From positions 11,532,001 through 11,596,000 of the forward strand of contig OX597827.1 of the NCBI GenBank assembly GCA_951406725.2: 64,000 bases of DNA, given 5' to 3'. Below are positions 51,970 to 64,000 of the stretch, one piece after another; position 1 is the stretch's first letter; every line of letters starts with the position of its first letter. Origin of the DNA: Octopus vulgaris. Taxonomy: Eukaryota. The position numbers and the translations under genes are program-made. The notes beneath the pieces are model-generated. The model saw only the letters and a program-made list of their open reading frames with translations, made no database searches and was not told the origin of the DNA.

Positions 51970-52595
51970 GAAGGTGTGAGGAGAGCTGTGTGAAGTGCGT
52001 TGAAGGAATCTGGAATCCAAGAAGACATGGGATGAGGTGGTGAAGTATGACCTTCAAACATTGGGCCTCACAGAGGCAATGATGAAAGGCCAAGACCTCT
52101 AGAGATATACTGTAAATGTGAAGACCCAGCAAATAAAGTGAGTTTACAGCCAAAACCTACACCAGTGTCGCATAACCAGCCAACTCAAAAGTACCTTAGA
52201 TCGTTGGGCGACATGCTGTGCTTGAGGAGACCTATTGAGTTGAGTACATCAAAATCAAATGGAAGTTGTAGTTGTGCCAGTGGCACGTCAAAAGCACCAC
52301 CTAAACATGGCCAATGCCAGTGCTGCCTTGACTGGCTTCCGTGCTGGTGGCACATTAAAAAACCCCAACCAATCGTGGTCATTGCCAGCCTTCTGTGGCC
52401 CCTGAGCTGGTGGCACGTAAAAAGCACATACTACACTCTCAGAGCGGTTGGTGTTAGGAAGGGCATCCAGCTGTAGAAATACTGCCAAACCAGACTGGAG
52501 CCTGGTGCAGCCTCCTGGCTTCCCAGACACCAGTCAAACCGTCCAACCCATGCCAGCATGGAAAACGGACGTTAAATGATGATGATGATGACAAT
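51970..52595 (+). mobile_element. RTE-like LINE 3' fragment (end of ORF plus 3' UTR, family E)
   Basis: Peptide KKTWDEVVKYDLQTLGLTEAM resembles an RTE ORF C-terminus; followed by the family E UTR and (GAT)n tail. Confidence 0.7.
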
Positions 52596-52623
52596 GATAT
52601 ATATATATATATATATATATATG

Positions 52624-52843
52624 TCTTTTTAGTCTTTTAGTCTTTTACTTGTTTCAGTCATTTGACTGCGGCCATGCTGGAGCACCGCCTTTAGTCGAGC
52701 AACTCGACCCCGGGACTTATTCTTTTTGTAAGCCCAGTACTTATTCTATCGGTCTCTTTTTGCCGAACCGCTAAGTAACGGGGACGTAAACACACCAGCA
52801 TCAGTTGTCAAGCAATGCTAGGGGGACAAACACAGACACAAAC

Positions 52844-52874
<31 letters not shown>

Positions 52875-53045
52875 CATATATACGACAGGCTTCTTTCAGT
52901 TTCCGTCTACCAAATCCACTCACAAGGCATTGGTCGGCCCGGGACTAACAGCAGAAGACACTTGCCCAAGATGCCACGCAGTGGGACTGAACCCGGAACC
53001 ATGTGGTTGGTTAGCAAGCTACTTACCACACAGCCACTCCTGCGC
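52624..53045 (-). mobile_element. SINE family A
   Basis: Full reverse copy. Confidence 0.9.
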
Positions 53046-53195
53046 TTGGAGTGGTTGGCGTTAGGAAGGGCATCCAGCTGTAGAAACACTGCCAGATCAG
53101 ACTGGGCCTGGCGCAGCCTTCTGGCTTCCCAGACCCCAGTTGAACCGTCCAACCCATGCTAGCATGGAAAACGGACGTTAAACGATGATGATGAT
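53046..53195 (+). mobile_element. Family E 3' end
   Basis: ggagtggttggcgttaggaagggcatccagc...cgttaaacgatgatgat. Confidence 0.75.
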
Positions 53196-54004
53196 ATATA
53201 TATATATATGATGAAGATAGTATACACTGAGATTGAACCTGGAGCCATGCACAGCTGAATAAATTTCTTGATCACATAGAAATTAGAGACTATGAAAATA
53301 AACATACACACACTCACACACATTTTTAAACACACATGCATGCACACACACACATACACACACACTCTATATGTATAGATATACACTCTTCCTGACCTTG
53401 CATACAATCTGTCTCATTCGAATCTCCCTCACTTCTCATCTTATTAACACTCATCCCTCACACTCTCAGCATCCACTTTATTGTCCACCGATCACCCTTT
53501 TACTGTGTTTCCTGTTATCTCTCCTTCTCCTCAGAGATATATATTAACACTGCCATTACCTTATCTTTAACACACTATATTATCAGTCCCATCTCATTGT
53601 CATTCTGCCATCAATAGCCTCCTCTTCCCACTTTTATGCCCCACTCACAATAGACACCCCTACATACCTCTGACATCCATCTCTGTCACTGCACATCTCT
53701 CTCTTTCGTTCTTTCTCTCTCTCACACTCTTCTCATTCCTTATTATTCCAACCAACACATCTCCATATTTGCTTATCTACCTACAGGTTTATTATGCAGC
53801 TGCTCTCCTCTCTTCCTATTCTGCTACTTACCACCTCCTCTTTCCTGAGTTACTCTTATTCTGTCCCATCTCCCCACCCCCGCCATACTTTTATTTACCA
53901 TTGACCACATCTCTACCCTTGTTCCATTCACACCATACACCTCTGCATCCATCTCTAACCATCTGTCACTCTCCTCATCCTATCTAAGAACTTATCCGTT
54001 TACT

Positions 54005-54228
54005 TATTACCCACAAGGGGCTAAACATAGAGGGAACAAACAAGGACAGACAAACGGATTAAGTCGATTACATCGACCCCAGTGCGTAACTGGTACTTAA
54101 TTTATCGACCCCGAAAGGATGAAAGGCAAAGTCGACCTCGGCGGAATTTGAACTCAGAACGTAGCGACAGACGAAATACGGCTACGCATTTCGCCCGGTG
54201 TGCTAACGGTTCTGCCAACTCACCACCT
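54005..54228 (-). mobile_element. SINE family B with target-site duplication
   Basis: Flanked by duplicated tatctaagaacttatcc. Confidence 0.85.
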
Positions 54229-54639
54229 TTTAAGAACTATCTAAGAACTTATCCACCAACACATCATGATTTGTTTTGGCCATATTCTCTCTCATACCTG
54301 CTTTCTTGTTCTTTCGGAGTATGATCTGGTACCTCATCACCAGTTACTCCCACCCTTGAATAATGTATCTCCTCTATAGCAAGACACTTCTGTCTGCCCT
54401 TATACCACACATTAGAATCTCAACACCTAGAATAAAGCCACCTCTCTCTCTGCTGTAACCCCACTTAGTTGACTGGGTTTTTTTCTTTGTCATGTGAGTT
54501 ACTGGACAACCTTACTTATGCTGGTATCTTGGAAAAGCACCCAGTACGCTTTGTGAAGTAAAGGGGATTAGGAATGGCATCCAGCCATAGAAATCATAGA
54601 AAGCAGACTTTGGGGCTCAATACAGTCCTTCAACCCAAG

Positions 54640-55170
54640 TCGGCAAGCTGGCAGGATCGTTAGCATGCCGGGCGAAATGTTTAGCAGTATTTCGTCTGTC
54701 TTTACATACTGACTTCAAATTCTGCCGAGGTCGACTTTGCCTTTCATCCTTTTCGGGGTCGATAAATTAAGTACCAGTTGCATACTGGGGTTGATCTAAT
54801 CGACTGCTGCCCCTCCTCCAAAATTTCAGGCCTTGCACCTAGAGTAGAAAAGAATACAGTCCTCCAACTCATTAGATCCTGTTAAAGCATCCAACCTATG
54901 TCAGCTGCTAGTATGGAAGATGGACATGTAATGATGATTATGTTCATTACCTCTGGCAGAACCGTTAGCACGCCGGGCGAAAAGTGTAGCCGTTTTCGTC
55001 TGCCATTACATTCTGAGTTCAAATTCCGCCGAGGTCGACTTTGCCTTTCATCCTTTCGGGGTCGATAAATTAAGGACCAATTACACACTGGGGTCGATAT
55101 AATCGACTTAATCCCTTTGTCTGTCCTTGTTTGTCCCCTCTATGTTTAGCCCCTTGTGGGTTATAAAGAA
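54640..55170 (+). mobile_element. Two SINE family B copies (54640-54855 variant tail; 54952-55170)
   Basis: The first is flanked by duplicated aatacagtcct inside an old family E copy. Confidence 0.8.
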
Positions 55171-55188
55171 ACGTATGTTCATTACCTC

Positions 55189-55228
<40 letters not shown>

Positions 55229-56454
55229 CATGTGTTTTATGCATTTGTGTATGTGCATATGTGCATGCATGTGCACATGTAGGTGTACGCCTATAGGTAT
55301 ATGTATATATCTATATATGGAATTCAGGTAGTGTCATGTTTGATGGCATAAGATAAAAGGTACATACAATTAGTGTTCAGGCTGGTTTGCAGTCTAAAAT
55401 CCAGCTTGAAACTCCAACTAAGCGTGTAAAGGTGTTTTAGCTGCCTAATGAAGATTGATTATAGGTAATGTTTCAATTGAGCTGGGACATGCAAAGTAGA
55501 ATAAAAATGTAACCAGGAAAACAATCAGTATCAAGTCAGATTTTGATATTTATAGATGTATCATATATATATATATGTGATCACATGACCGACCAGACCA
55601 TCAGATGTTGTTACACATCGCTACATACATATATATATGCATATATATAGCCTATCGAATGATGCCACCCCGCTGGCTATACATAGCAGGCCAATATATA
55701 CACATATATACATATATATATATATATATAATACATATACATAGATAGATATATACATACATATATACATACGTATATATATATATATGTATACATATAT
55801 ATACATATATACATATCCAGCGGGGTGTTGTCATTTATAAAACAATAGGCATTGTGACCAGCGATATGTAGCAACATCTGATAGCCTGGTCGGTCACGGT
55901 GATATGATGTATGTACATATGTATATATGTATGTATGTATGTATATATGTATATACATTGACACAACTTAAAATTAATAATGAATGTTATGGGAGTTTTG
56001 ACCATAAACAATCTATAAAACATCAGTAGTGGAATGTTCATAATGGTTGTGCTATGTGCTGGTTATTCTCCTGGAATGAAAACACTGGTAAAAACACTGT
56101 AAGAAGCACTGGTGATGGTGCCCCGTAAAAAAAAACCCAGTACACTCTGTAAAGTGGTTTGTATTTTAGGAAGAGCATCAAGCTGTAGAAACCAAGCCAA
56201 AAACAAACTAGGGAACCTGGTGTGACCTCTGTCCTTCCCAGCTCCTGTCAAGCCATCCAACCTATGCCAGTATGGAAAATAGATGTTAAATTGTGATGAT
56301 GATAATGACGAACAGTTATGATGTAAGTCCGTATTATTGATATTAGATAGTAGGTAAAGCAGGTCATTGCAGATAGAATCCGATGCCAGAGGAAAAGATG
56401 GAAGATGTGCAGGTATCTCCTTCTTTTCAAATAACTTTCAATTAAGTTCCTCTC

Positions 56455-56617
56455 CGCAGGAGTGGCTGTGTGGTAAGTAGCTTGCTAACCAACCACATGG
56501 TTCCGGGTTCAGTCCCACTGTGTGGCATCTTGGGCAAGTGTCTTCTGCTATAGCCCCGGGCCGACCAATGCCTTGTGAGTGGATTTGGTAGACAGAAACT
56601 GAAAGAAGCCTATCGTA

Positions 56618-56688
<71 letters not shown>

Positions 56689-56909
56689 GTGTATGTGTTT
56701 GTGTCTGTGTTTGTCCCCCTAGCATTGCTTGACAACTGATGCTGGTGTGTTTACATCCCCGTCACTTAGCAGTTCGGCAAAAGAGACCGATAGAATAAGT
56801 ACTGGGCTTACAAAGAATAAGTCCCGGGGTCGATTTGCTCGACTAAAGGCGGTGCTCCAGCATGGCCGCAGTCAAATGACTGAAACAAGTAAAAAGAGAA
56901 AAAAGAGTA
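56455..56909 (+). mobile_element. SINE family A
   Basis: Matches the consensus. Confidence 0.9.
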
Positions 56910-56959
56910 TATCTTTATACAATCAGAAGCAAAGAACCCATATGTAGACATCTTGGACA

Positions 56960-57290
56960 CTTTTATTGCCATATTTCTGTTGATTTGTTTTGGCCATATT
57001 CTCTCTCATACTTGCTTTTTTGTTCTTTCAGAGTATGCTCTCGCACCTGATCACCAGCACCAACTGATCATAGTCGTTGCCAGCTTCCTCTGGCCCCTGT
57101 GTTGGTGGCACTTTAAAAGCACCCACTACACTCTCGGAGTAGTTGGCGTTAGGAAGGGCATCCAGCTGTAGAAACACTGCCAAATCAGACTGGAGCCTGG
57201 TGCAGCCTCCTGGCTTCCCAGACCCCAGTTGAACTGTCCAAACCATGCTAGCATGGAAAACGGACGTTAAACAATGATGATGATGATGAT
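56960..57290 (+). mobile_element. Family E 3' end
   Basis: Core and (GAT)n tail; upstream part matches ~54270-54345. Confidence 0.7.
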
Positions 57291-57415
57291 ATATATATAT
57301 ATATATAAATTTCTTCTTGTTTCAAACTATTTTGAAATCAATGACAATTTCATTATTAAGCTAATATTTGGAACATAGATTAACATGAAATTGTGATTTA
57401 TATTTTTAATTTAGA

Positions 57416-58510
57416 TATGAGGTGGTATTAAAATGTTACAGGATTAGTTCTGTAGTGTGCCAACAGATGGCAGCATACGATTGCATGCACAGTGAGAACT
57501 AGCAGTGACCTTCATGAGGCAGTGTGTTGAGTGACATTGCTGTGTTTCCTTTGCAAGTTGTGAAATTTGTGTTTTTGTGATCATGTGTATGCTGTAGACT
57601 GCGATTTCTGTCATGGACAGGAAGTTTCAACAAAGAGCCAATGTGAAATTTTAGGTTAAACTTTGGAAGACTACTACAGGGACATTGAACATGTTTTGGC
57701 AAGCTTAACCCTTTCGTTACTGAATTTATTTTGAGATGCTCTGTGTTACTTTCAATTACTTTAAATATAACAAAGAATTTAGTAAAATAACTTAATTACC
57801 ATTAAGCTAGTGTTAGGAACATAAATTGTGACTAAGGTTTGGTGGGAGATTTTAATTCAAAACTTATGAAAACAAGACATTTGTATTCAGAGCCAGAACC
57901 GGTTTCAGCCGGGTTAGTCATGAAAGGGTTAAGGCGATAAGGCAATGGGCCAAGTGGCATGGATGCTTCAAAAGTGGAAGAACATCCCTAGAAGATGATG
58001 AGCAATCTGGAAGACCTGCCACAAGTGAAATGTGGTGAAAATTCATCAGGTTGTGCATGAGGATCGTCAGAGGAAAATCAATAACATTTTTGATGTTGTT
58101 GGTCTGTTGTTTGGGTCCATGCAGGCAAAGAATTGCATTCTTCACGAAAACAATGCATCCTGTCACCAAGCACTTCTCATTCATGAGTTTCTCACCAAAA
58201 GACAACATGATATCACTTCCACACCTGCTCAGTTTTCCAGCTGCAGACTTCCATCTCTTCTCCAAGATAAAAATGTAGCTCAGAGGTGACTGTTTTGACA
58301 CCATTATAGAGATCAAGAGTGAATCGCAGAAGGTCCTCAACCTGATTATCGAAAAACGAAGGTCAGGTTTCAAAAGCTACAGGAACGTTGGGACCAATGT
58401 ATAGCTGTGCAAGGGGACTATTTCAAAAGAGATAATTTCATAACTTGGTAAATAAGTTAATTTTTTTATTAAACATAACTATTCTACGAACTTTTTGATA
58501 TGATCTCGTC
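57416..58510 (+). mobile_element. Internally deleted mariner transposon relic
   Basis: Decayed peptides QRANVKF*VKL, FKSGRTSLEDDEQSGRPATS, LHENNASCH, PAADFHLFSKIK, ERWDQCIAVQGDYF; imperfect TIRs tatgaggtggtattaaaatgtt / gaactttttgatatgatctcgt. Confidence 0.85.
57709..57928. mobile_element. piggyBac-like MITE family 3, inside the mariner relic
   Basis: ttaa|ccctttc ... gaaaggg|ttaa; inverted homologue at 62498-62718. Confidence 0.85.
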
Positions 58511-59426
58511 TCTTTGAGGTGGTCATGGGAAGAGTGGTATCTAAAAGGGTTTACAATAAATTCCAATACTGTTTTTCAATCTTTGATTCAAAGGCCCAAA
58601 TTATGATTCAAAGGTCCAAATTGCCAGTAAAATCTAATATCTACCTAGTGTTATGTATACTTTGAAATTCTTTCTCTCTTCTACAGTCGTAGACAGCCCA
58701 GCAAAGAGCAAAGCTTTGAGCAGACTGTCAGCTTTTTAGTATAATAAATATATTTATCTATTTCTCCCAACGTATTGAGTTCAATATCAGATAATGTTTG
58801 TACCAAGTAAAACGAAATATATTTTCATATACTTTACAACTCTGACATTGTGATATATATCCACACACACACATGCTCATACATACATGCATGCATACAC
58901 ACACACACACACATATATATATATACATATACATATATACATTTATATATGTGTGTATATACGTATATATATATGTATACACACACATACATATGCTCCT
59001 ACATACATGCATACATATATATATATAAATACATATATACATTTATATATATGTGTGTGTATATATGTGTATACATATATGCACACACACACACACATAT
59101 ACACATACACACACAGATATGAAGCCAGTAGTCTTCCCTAATACCTATACAGACATAAGATAAATATATTAATTTGCCTCTATAGCAATGTAAACAATTC
59201 AGATAAGGAAGCCAAGTTTTCTTCTGTTTCAAATTAGAGATTGTTGTTTTAGGATTTTAACTTTTTAGTTTTCATCATTCAGGAAATCAATAGATAACAC
59301 ATTCTCTTTGTATCTTCTATGGTATTATATATACGTGTGCGTATGTGTGTGTGTGTGTGTGTGTGTGTGTACACGTGCGTGTGCTCTTGTGTGTATCTGT
59401 GTACATAGATTCTCACATGCAAGCAA

Positions 59427-59462
<36 letters not shown>

Positions 59463-60003
59463 ATATACATATATATATATATATATGTATTTATATATAC
59501 TTCCATATATATATATATATATATTTGTGTGTGTATATACTTTCATATATATATATATATATAAATGTTTATGTATGTTTTTTGTATTATATTTATATTG
59601 GACAACACACAAACATATGCATGAATGTATGTACACAAAACACATATGCACATATATACATTCACACATTCACACAAACACACTAACAGATATATATATA
59701 TACATATAAGCACAAACATACGCATCTATGTATGGATAGATGTTTATTATATTTTACTAGAGACTGAAACTTTTACAATTTGTTACTCCAAGTTTCTCAT
59801 TTCTGTTATTAGAAATATCTCTTACATATTAACGTTTGAATATCTAGACAATTTTTGAAGGGACAAGCTTGAAAAAAAAGGATCATACTGGTTTACAAAA
59901 AGCCATTGGATACAAAATAATTGAAGAGATAGTGAAAAAGGCATTGCCTGTTAGAAACAATTAGAAAACGAGAAAAATAAATTAGGAAGTTCAAAGAAAA
60001 AGT

Positions 60004-60411
60004 GAGTGGCTGTGTGGTAAGTAGCTTGCTAGCCAACCACATGGTTCCGGGTTCAGTCCCACTGCGTGGCACCTTGGGCAAGTGTCTTCTGCTATAGCCC
60101 CGGGCTGACCAATGCCTTGTGAGTGGATTTGGTAGACGGAAACTGAAAGAAGCCTGTCGTATATATGTATATATATATATGTGTGTGTGTGTTTGTGTGT
60201 CTGTGTCTGTCCCTCTGGCATTGCTTGACAACTGATGCTGGTGTGTTTACATCCCCGTCACTTAGCGGTTCAGCAAAAGAGACTGATAGAATAAGTACTG
60301 GGCTTACAAAGAATAAGTCCCGGGGTCGATTTGCTCGACTAAAGGTGGTGCTCCAGCATGGCCGCAGTCAAATGACTGAAACAAGTAAAAGAGTAAAAGA
60401 GTAAAAGAGTA
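60004..60411 (+). mobile_element. SINE family A
   Basis: Matches the consensus. Confidence 0.9.
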
Positions 60412-60489
60412 ATCTAGAAAATGCTGATGGGTGAGAAAACTAGGCAAAGAAATAACTTGATGATCCTCCTCCTCATCAGTAGTCAACTG

Positions 60490-60818
60490 ACACTCTGTCA
60501 ATTACAACTACAGGGGTTCCAGTCGATTCAATCAATGGAATTGCCTGCTCATGACATGAAAGTGAAAGTGGCTGAGTACTCCACAGACATACTCTTTTAC
60601 TCTTTACTCTTTTACTTGTTTCAGTCATTTTGACTGTGGCCATGCTGGAGCACTGCCTTTAGTCGAGCAAATCGACCCCGGGACTTATTCTTTGTAAGCC
60701 CAGTACTTATTCTATTGGTCTCTTTAGCTGAACCGCTAAGTGACGGGGACGTAAACACACCGGCATCGGTTGTCAAGCAATGCTAGGGCGACAAACACAG
60801 ACACACAAACATATACAT

Positions 60819-60865
<47 letters not shown>

Positions 60866-61230
60866 TACGATAGGCTTCTTTCAGTTTCCATCTACCAAAT
60901 CCACTCACAGGGCTTTGGTCGGCCTGAGGCTATAGCAGAAGACACTTGCCCAAGATGCCACGCAGTGGGACTGAACCTGGAACCATGTGGTTGGTTAGCA
61001 AGCTACTTACCACACAGCCACTCGTACCTTTAATGTAGTTCTCAAGGAGATTCAGTGAGACACAGGCCGGCCCTTTGAAATACAGGTGCAACTCACTTTT
61101 GCTAGCCGAGTGGACTGGAGGAATGTGAAATAAAGTGTCTTGCTCAAGGACACAACACGTTGCCAGAAATCAAACTCATGACTTTATAATCATGAGCCAA
61201 ATACCTCAAACCACTGAGCCATGTGCCTTC
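60490..61230 (-). mobile_element. SINE family C interrupted by SINE family A (60590-61023, minus)
   Basis: Family C halves ...ccacagacat and gtacctttaatgtag... flank a family A copy. Confidence 0.8.
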
Positions 61231-61496
61231 ACCCTCATCATCATAAACATCACCTAGCATCCACTTTTCACATGCAATTTCACATGCAATTTGTTGAGGA
61301 AGATTTTCTTTATCCAGGGGCTTTGCATGTCGTCATCCCTCACCTGTTCCCAGGTAATATAATAATTCCCTTTGACATGCTTTTCATGGAAGAAGGGAAA
61401 TAAACAGCATTGTTTGTATTACACTGATGGCCATATACGACCACCACCACATAATGTCACAACAGAGCAGCACACACAAACATGCACACATTTGTG

Positions 61497-61545
<49 letters not shown>

Positions 61546-61559
61546 GTATATACATATAA

Positions 61560-61727
61560 GCACAGGAGTGGGTGTGTGGTGAGAAAGCTAGCTTCTTAAC
61601 CACATGGTTCCAGGTTCAGTCCCACTGCATGGCACCTTGGGCAAGTGTCTTCTACTATAGCCCTGGGCCAACCAAAGCCTTGTGAGTGGATTTGGTAAGC
61701 AGAAACTGAAAGAAGTCTATTATGTGG

Positions 61728-61775
<48 letters not shown>

Positions 61776-62280
61776 AGCATGGCCACAGCTCATTAGCTGA
61801 AACTAGAAAAATCAAAATCAAAAATCAAAAATCAAAATCAAATCATATATGTATATATATGTATATATATATGTGTGTGTGTGTGTATTTATGCATGCGT
61901 ATCTGTGTTTGTCCCCATCGCCATCACTTGACAACCAATGCTTGTGTGTTTATGTCATCATAGCTTAGTGGTTTGGCATAAGAAACCGATTGAATAAGTA
62001 CTAGGCTTACAAAGATTAAGCCTTGCGGCTGATTTCTTCAACTAAAACCCTTTAAGGCGGTGCTCCAGCATGGCCACAGTCAAACGACTGAAACACGTAA
62101 ATGAATAAAAGAAAAAATATATAATGGGCTTCTTCAAGTTTCCACCCACCAAATCTGCTCACAAATCTTTGGTTGGCCCAGGGCTCTAGTAGAAGACACT
62201 TGCTCATGATGCCACCCAGTCAGATTGAACCTGAGACCACATGGTTAGAAAACATGCTTCTTAACCACATTACCATGCAT
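61560..62280. mobile_element. Rearranged SINE family A pieces (plus 61560-62112; minus partial 62125-62280)
   Basis: Head, tail fragment, body plus tail, then an inverted head. Confidence 0.7.
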
Positions 62281-62497
62281 AACATAAATCTATGTTTCTC
62301 ATAAATGGAGGCAAGAATGGGGTGAATATGATGTGGGGAAAGACACATTTTCAAAGCAAATTAAAGAGATCAACCATTAGAAGTGAAATAGTTATGAAAT
62401 AAATATTTAGAGGTATATTAATAGGATATCGAAAATTCAAATCTTTCATTTGAAAATCATTTCTCTTCAAAGCTGAAATGCAAGACTTCTCACTTAA

Positions 62498-62718
62498 CCC
62501 TTTCATTACCAACCTGGCCGAAACTGCCTCTGGCTCTGTAGTACAAATGTCTTGCTTTCTTAAGTTTTGAATTAAAATTTTCCACCAAACTTTAGTCACA
62601 ATTTACGTTACTAACACTAGCTTAATGGTAACTAAGTTATTTTTCTAAATTCTTTGTTATATTTAAAGTAATTGAAAGGAACACAGAGCATCTCAAAATA
62701 AATACAGTAACGAAAGGG
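62498..62718. mobile_element. piggyBac-like MITE family 3
   Basis: ttaa|ccctttc ... gaaaggg|ttaa. Confidence 0.85.
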
Positions 62719-63605
62719 TTAAACATATTTTACAATGCAAGTTTGAGCAGAAAAAAATAAAAAAACATGCTGATATGGTTGACTACTTTTGAGAGTCAGA
62801 CTTGATTCTTTCAAAAGCCACACAGACAAAATTGTTAAAATTTATTTTTCCTATAACTTGAGTGAATAGATATGCTAGGAAAAAGACATCTTGAATTTGT
62901 TCTTAGTTAATCCGATATATGACTTAAACACATTTCTGTTGTCTAATATAACCATTGCTAATCACTAATACTTTCATAATGTAGTTACTATTGAAGGGAC
63001 AATTATTTGGCAAAATAATTATAGATAAAGATAGAAGCACTTTTATTGATGCTAATTTTTATTTTTTTTATTTTCTTGCCTCTCTTTTTTTTCTTTCATT
63101 ATTTTTTTTTTTGAAATGATTAATTCAGTAAACAAATTTTTTACAGAAAGAATAGCTAATTTTAATCAAGATTTTGCTAAGGTTCTTATATCTATGATTC
63201 ATTAGAAAATGAAAAAAAAAAATTAAATTTTGGAACTCTTTGGTGGTTATTTATTCTTACATTTAAACTGAAGATTAGATTATTCCCCCAAAACATCAGA
63301 AATGCTGGTGACCAAAGGAAAGTATTGAACTGCATTTTGTTACAACCCTTTCTGTTTTGTCTTGAAACTCCACTGAAGACAGTTTTTATCTTTCGACATA
63401 CTGGGATAATAAAAAAAACCCAGTAAAATACTAAAGCTAGTTTAGTATTCTTATGAAGTATTCTAGATCTGAATGGCATTATAACTGAAGTTCAAGAACA
63501 GACCAAGTCAATTATGTCAATTACTTGAGAGGCAGGTAAGTTGTATCTTGTAGCTGTAAAGGTATTTAACTCTGAACGTACTCCTGGATGGTAGGTCTAA
63601 TCTGT

Positions 63606-63831
63606 AACCCAATTTAGCACAACCATCTGACCCTTTGATGCCTTTATGTTCATGTATCCATAAAAAATTAATCACGTATTATCTTGTAGCTTCAAGATTT
63701 TGAAGATGTAATCATTTAATTTTAGAATGACATTGTAGGGTAGGTTGGAGAGACTGGATCTGGCCAGTTTGAACTTAAAAACAGGTAGACCATCTGGGCC
63801 GGATATGGTCAGTTTAAATGTTAAAGGTTTA
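63606..63831. mobile_element. piggyBac-like MITE family 1, diverged
   Basis: gatctggccagtttgaac...ggccggatatgg...tttaaatgttaaagg aligns to 1-173. Confidence 0.6.
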
Positions 63832-64000
63832 AAAAGCACTGCCATGTTAAGAACAAAAATGATGAACATGTTGGCTGTCATCCAAGAAACACAGTGTCTG
63901 AGAAAAAGAAACAGAATTGGAATGGTTAACACGGATTTTTTTCATACTTATTTTATCAAACCCAAAAGAATGAAAGGCAAAGGTGACCTTGATGGAATTT

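Overview
AT-rich, extremely repeat-dense eukaryotic DNA, most consistent with an octopus (coleoid cephalopod) genome; the organism is inferred from the protocadherin type and repeat landscape. The only credible host coding sequence is one large minus-strand exon (37457-39882, ATG at 39838). It encodes the signal peptide, six cadherin repeats, TM helix and proximal cytoplasmic part of a protocadherin, is bounded by a strong acceptor and a phase-0 CAG|GTAAGT donor, and no downstream coding exon was recognised in the remaining 37 kb. The rest is intronic/intergenic: about 20 copies of one ~400-bp tRNA-derived SINE, three further modular SINE families, RTE-like LINE 3' ends, an R4/Dong-like LINE relic containing a 33-bp palindromic minisatellite, three non-autonomous Helitrons, TTAA-flanked piggyBac-like MITEs, a mariner relic, and long di-, tri- and tetranucleotide arrays that create nearly all ORFs in the supplied track. 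The most notable unannotated signal is three unrelated minimal type-I hammerhead-ribozyme-like motifs within 10.6-13.3 kb, each in a small TA-flanked, probably Penelope-like element. Repeat boundaries were read by eye and are approximate.
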